DNA of 51,234 nucleotides from Candidatus Pacearchaeota archaeon. GTDB taxonomy: Archaea; Nanobdellota; Nanobdellia; Pacearchaeales; GW2011-AR1. Positions 43,985 to 51,234 of this stretch are shown here, in pieces. The stretch covers positions 1-51,234 of the forward strand of contig JAGLYK010000015.1 in assembly GCA_023132255.1 (NCBI GenBank), in the 5' to 3' direction. The translations under genes were made by a program, and so were the position numbers. Position 1 is the first letter of the stretch. Every line of letters begins with the position of its first letter. Below the pieces are notes generated by a model that did no database searches, was not told where the DNA came from, and saw only the letters and a program-made list of their open reading frames with translations.

Positions 43985-44488
43985 GTGGCTGAAAAAGACA
44001 AAATATTTTCAAGCAGCATGAAGTACAGAGGAATCTTTTCATTTAAAGATTTTTATAAGTTTTGCTACGATTGGCTTACAGAAGAAACAGATTTAGATAT
44101 TTCTGAAGACAAATATTCAGAAAAATTAATTGGAAATTCAAAAGACATAGATGTTAAATGGACAGGCGAAAGAAAAGTTACAGATTATTTTAAGTTTGAA
44201 ATAAAGGTTGAATTTCAAATACGTAAATTAACAGAAGTGGAAATAGAGCAGGGAGGAGCAAAAGTAAAAACAAACCAGGGTGAGGTAAAGGCCAAGGTAA
44301 CAGGAACTCTTATCAGGGATTATGATGGAAAGTTTGAAAAAGATGCCTTTAGAAAATTTCTAAGAAGCATTTATGAAAAATGGGTTATAAAATCAAGAAT
44401 AGACCAATTTGAAGAAAAACTCTTTGGCGATTGCGACGAGTTCTTGGGTCAGGCAAAAGCTTATCTGGCTCTTGAAGGTAAGAGGTAA
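43985..44488 (+). CDS. hypothetical protein (GTG start)
   Basis: 167-aa ORF with no motif. Confidence 0.45.
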   Translation: MAEKDKIFSSSMKYRGIFSFKDFYKFCYDWLTEETDLDISEDKYSEKLIGNSKDIDVKWTGERKVTDYFKFEIKVEFQIRKLTEVEIEQGGAKVKTNQGEVKAKVTGTLIRDYDGKFEKDAFRKFLRSIYEKWVIKSRIDQFEEKLFGDCDEFLGQAKAYLALEGKR

Positions 44489-44517
44489 TCCATCACAGAA
44501 ATCTTTAAATAGAATTC

Positions 44518-45912
44518 ATGTCTTTCTTCATCATGAAAAAAATAGCCTTGTTATTAATACTCTTGATTTTGCCTTGTGTTTTGGCGATAAATCTAAAAGT
44601 TGAAAAGCAAAGTTCAGACGAGGTCATGGTTATTGGATTAAAAGACCCGACTGTTTTTGATTTAAGAATAACTAATTTAGGGGCAACAGACAGTTTTGAG
44701 TTCTATAATTTGTTAGGGTTTGAAATGTTTCCTGTTGGAACAACTCCAATAAGTCAGGGGCAGACAAAAAACATTGAACTAAAAATTTCCCCAATCGGAG
44801 AATTATCCTCAAGAGGGACTTATACTTTTGATTATTTTATCAAGGGACAGGACTCTTCAGAAATCACACAGGAACTTACATTCAAAATAATAGACTTGAA
44901 AGATGCTTTTGAAATCGGCGCAGGAGAAATTGATTCAGAATCAAACTCAATTGAAATTTACCTGCATAACAAAGTGAACTTTGATTTTGAAGAAATTAAC
45001 ATAAAAGTTGCTTCTGCTTTTTTCGGGTTTGAAGAAACTTTTTCCCTTGCTCCAAACAAAAGAAAAGACTTTACTGTGCAATTAAACAAAGAAGATTTCA
45101 AAAAACTAACAGCAGGATTTTACACACTGAATGCAGAAATAAATGTAGAAGATGAAAAAATAGAATTAGAAGAAACTATTAAATTTACTGAATCAAATCT
45201 TTTGACAACAACAACAAAAGACTATGGTCTTGTTGTTAATACAAAAATAATAACAAAGACCAACCAAGGAAATATCCTGGAAAAATCCCAGACAACTTTG
45301 GAAAAAAACATTATCTCGAGGCTGTTCACAAGTTTCAGTCCTGAACCAGATGTTGTTGAAAGGCGGGGCTCTACTGTATATTACACTTGGAGCAGGGAAA
45401 TAAAACCCGGAGAAAGCCTGGAAATCATAGTCAAGACAAACTGGCTGTTCCCTTTCCTGGCAATATTTTTCATTGTTGCAATAAGCATTCTGGCAAAACA
45501 ATATTCAAAAACAGATTTAACACTGAAAAAAAAAGTTTCTTTTGTGAAAACCAAAGGAGGAGAGTTCGCATTAAAGATTACTATATTTGTAAAAGCCAAA
45601 AAATACATTGAGAGAGTCAGCATCATAGACAAACTCCCTGCATTGACAAAAATCTACGAGAGGTTTGGAGGAGAACAGCCAACAAGAATAGACGAGAAAA
45701 ACAAAAGAATAGAATGGGTTTTTGAAAAATTAGAACAAGGAGAAGCACGGGTTTTGTCTTACATAATTTATTCTAAGATTGGTGTGGTTGGAAAATTCGC
45801 TTTGCCCTCGACAACTGCAATATATGAAAGACAAGGCAAAATAAAAGAAACAGAATCTAACAAGGCGTATTTTGTTGCTGAGCAGAGGGTGGAGAAAGAT
45901 GAGGGGGAATAA
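44518..45912 (+). CDS. hypothetical secreted/membrane-anchored protein
   Basis: N-terminal signal-like helix (IALLLILLILPCVLA), a beta-rich ectodomain and one internal TM (WLFPFLAIFFIVAISILA). Confidence 0.5.
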   Translation: MSFFIMKKIALLLILLILPCVLAINLKVEKQSSDEVMVIGLKDPTVFDLRITNLGATDSFEFYNLLGFEMFPVGTTPISQGQTKNIELKISPIGELSSRGTYTFDYFIKGQDSSEITQELTFKIIDLKDAFEIGAGEIDSESNSIEIYLHNKVNFDFEEINIKVASAFFGFEETFSLAPNKRKDFTVQLNKEDFKKLTAGFYTLNAEINVEDEKIELEETIKFTESNLLTTTTKDYGLVVNTKIITKTNQGNILEKSQTTLEKNIISRLFTSFSPEPDVVERRGSTVYYTWSREIKPGESLEIIVKTNWLFPFLAIFFIVAISILAKQYSKTDLTLKKKVSFVKTKGGEFALKITIFVKAKKYIERVSIIDKLPALTKIYERFGGEQPTRIDEKNKRIEWVFEKLEQGEARVLSYIIYSKIGVVGKFALPSTTAIYERQGKIKETESNKAYFVAEQRVEKDEGE

Positions 45913-45944
45913 AATCATTTGGTTATATTTTTAGAGATAAAGGA

Positions 45945-46262
45945 TTATCTATTTCTCCAATTAACATTATGCCTGGTAGTAAGCATAGAAACATTATTTC
46001 TCCACCAACAGATTAAAACAAATAACCCAATTAAAAATATCCCAATACTTAATATAATCGCCCACATAAAAACCTCTGAACTACTTAAAAAAGCATTTGT
46101 GAAAGATAATCTAAATAAAACTATTGAAGCAAATATTAAAATTATCCCTGTCGCTATTGGATGTCTTTTTGTAAACCAGTTTAATTTTTTGAGTGTAGAA
46201 GGTTTTCTATTTCTTTTTGGTTTATGATAACGGCTTCTTCGTGATTTTTTTCTATTTCTCAT
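45945..46262 (-). CDS. hypothetical small membrane protein
   Basis: Basic N-terminus followed by two TM helices. Preferred over the overlapping + strand ORF, but this is uncertain. Confidence 0.3.
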   Translation of the reverse strand: MRNRKKSRRSRYHKPKRNRKPSTLKKLNWFTKRHPIATGIILIFASIVLFRLSFTNAFLSSSEVFMWAIILSIGIFLIGLFVLICWWRNNVSMLTTRHNVNWRNR

Positions 46263-46304
46263 ATTTAGTTTAAGATTTCTTTATTTTTATAATTTTCGTA
46301 TTAA

Positions 46305-46508
46305 CTATTTTAAAAAAACATAACCTATTACAATTAAAATAATTAAAACTACTATCCCCCACTTAATTATTTTTTCTTTCTTTTTTCTTATCCCTGCTTT
46401 TTCATATGCTTGTTCAATTCCCAAACTTTCTTCTTGTGTTAATTTTGGCTGGTGCTCTTTAGAATAAACAAATTCTTTTAACCCACCTGTGTGTATTCTT
46501 GATGTCAT
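46305..46508 (-). CDS. hypothetical small membrane protein
   Basis: 67 aa with a C-terminal TM helix. Confidence 0.35.
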   Translation of the reverse strand: MTSRIHTGGLKEFVYSKEHQPKLTQEESLGIEQAYEKAGIRKKKEKIIKWGIVVLIILIVIGYVFLK

Positions 46509-46565
46509 TTAGATTGGTCTCCCAAGAATTATACAATTTTATAGTTTTCTATGAAGAAGAAAAAA

Positions 46566-47156
46566 TTAAGAATAAATTTCATCCCATAAAGTTTCAAAAT
46601 TCTTTCGAAGATCAACATTAACTGAATCTGTCAAATGAGTAATATATTTATCAAAATCTATCTTAAGTGCAGTTAAAAAAAGGTGTGGATTAATAAGAAT
46701 AGATTCTCCATCTACTCCAAGCAAGATAGCATTTGCTAAATCTGAATTAATTAATATTTTCTTTCTTACCATCCCATCATGAAAAAGGCCGTGCCTCACA
46801 TCATTAACAAGTATCTCAAGTGCTTTTTCATGTTGAGAGGGAATAGTAAATATTCTCCTTAGAGAATCTTTAATCACTTCTTTAGACTCACTAAAATTAG
46901 TCTTCTTGCCTCTTCTAAATTGTTCTATTCCTTCTAATTGGCTCATGCAAATCATTAGAATAACAAAACCACTATGGAATTCATCTTTGAGCAGTTCGGC
47001 TATATCCAAAAACCACCCATTAACTCTATCTTGATAAACTGCAATCTTTGTATTTAAATCATTATTGTACTTATTCACAACAACTTCTTCCTTCATTATA
47101 TTAGTACTTAATTCGGGGTCTAAAAAAAAGTTCGGGCTTATCGCTGTTCTAACCAT
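46566..47156 (-). CDS. hypothetical protein
   Basis: 196-aa ORF with no recognised family. Confidence 0.5.
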   Translation of the reverse strand: MVRTAISPNFFLDPELSTNIMKEEVVVNKYNNDLNTKIAVYQDRVNGWFLDIAELLKDEFHSGFVILMICMSQLEGIEQFRRGKKTNFSESKEVIKDSLRRIFTIPSQHEKALEILVNDVRHGLFHDGMVRKKILINSDLANAILLGVDGESILINPHLFLTALKIDFDKYITHLTDSVNVDLRKNFETLWDEIYS

Positions 47157-47295
47157 ACTTTTCTTAATTGATTAAATGTATTTAACTTTTATTGTGATAT
47201 TAAATATACAATAAATCCACTATTTTGCACGAAAATAAAATATCCCTCCACTACAACTCCCGACCCCACTCGTCGTCAATATTGATTTATTTTTC

Positions 47296-47376
47296 TCTCC
47301 TCGTGAAATCGCTCTCGTTTGACGACCTTGGCGGACGAATGAAAATCTTTGATTTGCTTGGACTTGAATTCTGGGG
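47296..47376 (-). repeat. intergenic copy of the mosaic repeat (M1 followed by the start of M0)
   Basis: Minus strand reads CCCCAGAATTCAAGTCC-AAGCAAATCAAAGATTTTCATTCGTCCGCCAAGGTCGTCAAACGAG-AGCGATTTCACGAGG. Confidence 0.8.
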
Positions 47377-47445
47377 ATGAAAAATCTTAGGCATTAACCT
47401 GTTTAAATCTGGAAAAATATAATGAGGTCTCGCGACCCCATATTA

Positions 47446-47578
47446 TCCCTCCGCCCAGATTTGAACTGGGGATCTCCCGGGTTCTGTTATGGCTTTTGGG
47501 GTTTCATAGTAATCATTATTGAATCTCCACCTTAGTTATTAACTACAGCCAGGCGCTCTACCACTGAGCTACGAAGGG
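47446..47578 (-). tRNA. tRNA-Tyr (GTA) with a 61-nt intron at the canonical 37/38 position
   Basis: C1-G72 acceptor CCCTTCG/CGGAGGG, D arm GCTC-AGTGGTA-GAGC, anticodon stem CCTGG/CCGGG, loop CTGTAG|intron|C, T arm CCCAG-TTCAAAT-CTGGG. Intron is about 47482-47542. Anticodon-intron helix CTGT/ACAG. Confidence 0.8.
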
Positions 47579-48016
47579 ATTATCCCTTTACTCCAATACC
47601 CTATACTTGGACAAGGGATATAATAAACAAATACAAATTATTTTTAAAACTATTGATTAAGAGAACTTTGGAAAATTTGGCTGTTCTCTCCTGAAAATAT
47701 TCTTTTGTTTTTTTCAGGATTCATCTTTGCCTTTTTTATTATTGCAAAGTTGCCTAGTAAACCTTTGTGCTGTTGTTTATCCTGAATTCTCAGGAAGTCA
47801 TCTTCGGTATTCTATTATCTGCGAAGTTGCCTAAAGCAAATTCTATAAAATATCTTTCCAATCCCAACAATCCTTTAGGCTGACCACGCTTTAATTCGAA
47901 ACTGAAATTTCGGATTCATGGGAGATTTTATCTCGCTTGGACAGTCTAATGAAAGACATTTTAAATGTCTTTTACAGCACGATAATTCTTAAATAACATA
48001 ATCTTCTTAATCAATT

Positions 48017-48517
48017 ATGGATAAAAAAGAGCAGATGATTCTTGAAGCATTCCTCGGACTAATCCTAATCATCCTCCTCGTCATAATGATTTTCCTATTT
48101 ACCTCAATAAACTCAGCAACAGGAAGCACAACAACAATCACAAATTCTTTCAACACAAATAATTATTACAACCCCTACACTTATCCAACAATAAAACATT
48201 ATCCTTTTTACACAAAAACATATTACAAAAAAAATTATCTGGATTATGATTGCCACGCCTACAAAAAAACACTAAAAGGAATTTTAGGAAACAACATAGA
48301 GCATTACATTGTTTATGTCAGGAACCAAGATTACAAACCAGGATACTTCCGTGTAAATTACTATTTCACAGATTATTACGGCGACACAAAAACCGAAACA
48401 ATGACTTATTATATCAAACCAAAACAAGCAAAAGAATTCATCTACAAAAACATCTACGAAGACAAATACAAATTTCACGATTGGAACTACGAAGTAATCT
48501 CAAGAACTTCAGTATAG
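48017..48517 (+). CDS. hypothetical Tyr/Asn-rich secreted or membrane-anchored protein
   Basis: N-terminal TM/signal helix, then a Y/N/T/K-rich domain. Confidence 0.45.
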   Translation: MDKKEQMILEAFLGLILIILLVIMIFLFTSINSATGSTTTITNSFNTNNYYNPYTYPTIKHYPFYTKTYYKKNYLDYDCHAYKKTLKGILGNNIEHYIVYVRNQDYKPGYFRVNYYFTDYYGDTKTETMTYYIKPKQAKEFIYKNIYEDKYKFHDWNYEVISRTSV

Positions 48518-48666
48518 AAATATTTAAAAATAACAATTATATTAAGAAAATATAAAATGAGGTAAAAAGAGTAATTACTCTATACAACAATGGAGGAAAA
48601 TTTAGAAAAAATCCACGACGACGAGGACGAGTTTTTAGATGACCTTGATTCATTAGATCTCGGCGA

Positions 48667-49569
48667 CTAATCCACTTCCAAACTAATTCTGTTATTATTT
48701 TTTTCTAACTCAGGAAAACTATAATCAATAAAAAAATCCAGCTTATTAACATTTATTTGTTTAATCCAAAGATTACTAAAACTTATTATTCGCCCATACC
48801 CTATTCTCAATGCATCAAGTTTAATTTCTTTCACAAGTTCGTCATCAGCATAAATCAAAATTTTAGATTCCATGGAATCCCTAAGCCCGTCGTTCCTAAT
48901 GCTCATGTTAACATCAAGATATTTTCCACGCATAACTGCAGACACGTTTTCCAAGGTAAGGTCAGGTTGACTTGGAGTTGAATATAATTTATTTATCAAA
49001 TCTATTTGATCCTGACCAATAGTTTGTTTGCATTTACTAATATAATACATAATATTGTCAGGGTTCTCTGAATGATCAAAACCCAACGCATGCAAAAGCT
49101 CGTGCAACGCAATATTCGGATTCTCACAATTAGACTCTTTAATCAGCAAAACCTTTCCCTTCAAAATAACATGAAACTTATCCACTTTTGTTATATACAC
49201 CGGTCCCCCCTCTCCTGCAACAAACAACCCATCCTCAATTTTATTCTTGCTATCACAAGTTACAGAAATCTCTTCGTTAGAATTCACTAAATAAAAATTC
49301 AAAATACTCAAATCTGAAATAATATTAAATGCTTCTTCCATGTCATTCTTTTTTTGCAACGGACAATCATAAATCTTATAAGAAATTTTGGAATCAGAAT
49401 ACCTCATGTTCTGATAAAACTGCATATTGCCTGATTGATTAACATCCAAATCAAAGTTACTTGACTTACTCCCAAACTCTATTGTCCCAAATGGAATAAA
49501 CCAATAAACAATAAGAATTCCTATGCAAAAAATAACAAATATAAAACTTAAAAATATTTTCAACCCCAT
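48667..49569 (-). CDS. metzincin-type zinc metalloprotease (matrixin/M10-like) with N-terminal anchor
   Basis: HELLHALGFDH (HExxHxxGxxH) motif and an N-terminal hydrophobic helix. Confidence 0.75.
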   Translation of the reverse strand: MGLKIFLSFIFVIFCIGILIVYWFIPFGTIEFGSKSSNFDLDVNQSGNMQFYQNMRYSDSKISYKIYDCPLQKKNDMEEAFNIISDLSILNFYLVNSNEEISVTCDSKNKIEDGLFVAGEGGPVYITKVDKFHVILKGKVLLIKESNCENPNIALHELLHALGFDHSENPDNIMYYISKCKQTIGQDQIDLINKLYSTPSQPDLTLENVSAVMRGKYLDVNMSIRNDGLRDSMESKILIYADDELVKEIKLDALRIGYGRIISFSNLWIKQINVNKLDFFIDYSFPELEKNNNRISLEVD

Positions 49570-49637
49570 ATAATGTCTATTTTAAAACACTATATAAATT
49601 TGTTGTAAAATAAAAAAATAAAAATTAATTAACCTAT

Positions 49638-49853
49638 TTATTCTGAATCTTCACTAGGTGTTTCTGCAGGTTCTTCAGCAGGCTCTTCTTTCTCATCAAC
49701 TTCAGGAATTTCTGGTTCTGGAACTTTTTTAGGTTCTTCACTCGGAGTTTCTTCCTTAGTCTCGTCTGAAGTTTCACCAGAATCTTCACTCACTTCTGGA
49801 GTATTAGTCTCTTCCTCAGAAGATTCATTTGTTTCGTTTGTTTCTTCTTCCAT
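49638..49853 (-). CDS. hypothetical highly acidic E/T/S/P-rich protein
   Basis: 71-aa low-complexity ORF. Coding status is uncertain. Confidence 0.3.
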   Translation of the reverse strand: MEEETNETNESSEEETNTPEVSEDSGETSDETKEETPSEEPKKVPEPEIPEVDEKEEPAEEPAETPSEDSE

Positions 49854-49901
49854 TTTAACCTCATATTTAATTTAGATAAAACAAAAAAGAAAACTTCTTT
49901 T

Positions 49902-50294
49902 TTAAAGCTTTTGAATTCTGAATTGTCTATACTTTATAGAAATGAAATAAATCATAGAAGCAAACAAAATCCCTGTTGTATCGAGGAGAAAATCAAGAAA
50001 AGTGCAGAACCTTCCTGCAACAAAAAGTTGATGAACCTCGTCTAAAAGTCCATAAAAAATTGCTATGATAATTGTTAAAGCAAAAATATAATTTATTTTT
50101 CTAACAGAAATAAACAAAAAAAAAGCAAAACAAAAAAAAGCAGAAACATGATAAAGCATTGATATTAAATTTGTTCCTTCTTCACCAATAGAAGGAAATT
50201 CAAAAGCAATAGAAGACAAATAAAAAATCATCACTGCCCCAAAAATTGTAATCAGCCAGGATAATTTATTATGCTCCTCAAACCATTTTATCAT
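49902..50294 (-). CDS. VanZ-like family membrane protein
   Basis: 130 aa, 4 TM segments, LLDEVHQLFVAGR...DFLLDTTG motif typical of VanZ. Confidence 0.7.
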   Translation of the reverse strand: MIKWFEEHNKLSWLITIFGAVMIFYLSSIAFEFPSIGEEGTNLISMLYHVSAFFCFAFFLFISVRKINYIFALTIIIAIFYGLLDEVHQLFVAGRFCTFLDFLLDTTGILFASMIYFISIKYRQFRIQKL

Positions 50295-50344
50295 AAAGAA
50301 GAATATTTTAATTAATTTTTAAAGATTATTATAATAGAAAGCAA

Positions 50345-51205
50345 CTAATCTCTTCCTCCTCTCAGTCTAATCAACTCCGCTTCATCCTCTGCAATTTTCT
50401 TTTTCATCTCTTTTATCTTTTCTTCATTCTTAATCTTCTTAATATCTGCCTGAGCTTCTGCAATTTTCCTCTCTGCATCTTCTATGACTTGCTTATAATC
50501 TCCAATATCCTCTTTTTTATCCTCCAAATTTTCTTTTTTTTCTTTTTGCAACTCACTTAATTTTTTAATCTTAATCTCTTTTGGGCTTGCATTCATTTTA
50601 TGCTTAATACTTGCCACAACAAATCCAACAATGACAATTAAAAATAAAAAACCTCCAACATAATAAAAGTTCTTTTTTGATAAAATCCCTTCCCCGCTAA
50701 AAACTGAAAAACCAACAGTTTTAGGAACATCCTCACCTTCTATCAAATCTACTTTCTCATCTTCGGTTTCATTAGTAGTTTCACTTACTTCTGTTACATT
50801 TGTCTCATTAACTATTGCTGTTCCATTTTCAAATCCTGGCGTAGGAATCAACTCAAAATTTTCAGGAGCAGCTTCCAGATAAACAAACCCTCCTGAAGGC
50901 TTATCTAAAAATTTTTCTCCGGAAACAAGAGTCTCACCATCTTTTTTTACAAAAACTTTCAGATGAAAAGTATCGTCAGCTATATCAAAGTTGTGAGTAA
51001 TATCCCCATAATTATTTGAATTCCCAATATACCTTTCCAACAAAGTAAAAACCTCTATACCCGCGTCATAAGCAACCATCTGAACTTCTGAAAACGGAAC
51101 TGTCTTGATTTTTACCTCAGTATTTGCAGCAATTGCCAAAGGCATTATTAATAAAAATATGAACATGACAAAACCAAAAATCAAAATCTTTTTTTCCATT
51201 TTCAA
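50345..51205 (-). CDS. hypothetical secreted protein with a TM anchor and cytoplasmic coiled coil
   Basis: Signal-like N-terminus, a TM at about residue 185, and a K/E-rich heptad C-terminus. Confidence 0.5.
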   Translation of the reverse strand: MKMEKKILIFGFVMFIFLLIMPLAIAANTEVKIKTVPFSEVQMVAYDAGIEVFTLLERYIGNSNNYGDITHNFDIADDTFHLKVFVKKDGETLVSGEKFLDKPSGGFVYLEAAPENFELIPTPGFENGTAIVNETNVTEVSETTNETEDEKVDLIEGEDVPKTVGFSVFSGEGILSKKNFYYVGGFLFLIVIVGFVVASIKHKMNASPKEIKIKKLSELQKEKKENLEDKKEDIGDYKQVIEDAERKIAEAQADIKKIKNEEKIKEMKKKIAEDEAELIRLRGGRD

Positions 51206-51234
51206 AATATAAAAGAAATAGAGATTTATAAATA

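Noticed and set aside
2017-45918. Many short track ORFs nested in or antisense to long conserved genes. Examples are 2017..2226, 3036..3233, 3355..3609, 5923..6204, 6100..6321, 6870..7133, 8850..9161, 11367..11564, 11750..12253, 12328..12531, 12982..13302, 18321..18512, 19738..19929, 19999..20307, 21404..21589, 22760..23858 set, 25105..25431, 28568..28762, 28790..29023, 30005..30326, 30590..31858 set, 31934..32116, 33016..33539, 34069..34425, 34666..34863, 35301..35510, 36125..36548, 40998..41186, 41260..42786 set, 42942..43366, 43370..43561, 44409..44603, 45193..45918 set.
   Set aside because: Each overlaps a longer ORF with clear family motifs or better coding character. They have low-complexity or skewed composition and no motifs.
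45919-46227. 102-aa + strand ORF overlapping 45945..46262 (-)
   Set aside because: The two ORFs are mutually exclusive. The minus-strand product has a more protein-like basic N-terminus plus two TM helices. Neither is strongly supported.
48250-48555. 101-aa ORF in an alternative frame of 48017..48517
   Set aside because: It is an R/K/L-rich frame shadow. The 48017 ORF has a signal/TM helix and a start close to the upstream regulatory palindrome.

Overview
This is a visibly AT-rich, densely coding archaeal chromosome segment. It carries a group II chaperonin (thermosome), an Rpo7-Spt4-S24e-S27ae cluster, L10e, L35Ae, ScpA, an archaeal-type GluRS, HisRS, Dph6, a class-III-signal pilin-like protein and an nrdR-nrdD-grx-nrdG anaerobic RNR operon. 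It also has many small orphan ORFs and some shortened housekeeping genes. Together these suggest a small-genome, DPANN-like archaeon, but that taxonomic call is inference only.

I can support about 60 CDSs and five tRNA genes: Trp-CCA, His-GTG with an encoded G-1, Val-TAC, Gly-GCC, and Tyr-GTA with a 61-nt intron. There is also one tRNA-Gly-like fragment. I saw no rRNA, CRISPR array, transposase or integrase.

The most unusual signal is a mosaic family of short, relatively GC-rich repeat modules.
- In intergenic DNA the copies end exactly at start codons or at a tRNA 5' end.
- Modules also sit in frame inside at least nine CDSs. Examples are a 2 x 45-nt insertion in the thermosome gene, the N-terminus of ScpA, and a 75-nt insertion in a TtuA/NcsA-like PP-loop ATPase.
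- An 8-nt core, GGTGTACC, is always read as Gly-Val-Pro.

Other points worth a second look:
- TATA-like boxes at a fixed -31..-24 offset from mature tRNA 5' ends.
- An S27ae gene with no canonical start codon.
- A frameshifted BtpA-family gene.
- A GluRS lacking the anticodon-binding domain.
- Two paralogous nucleotidyltransferase-helical fusion proteins.
- An Endo IV-like TIM-barrel protein with a large insertion.
- Several ORF-free regions with strong predicted RNA structure.
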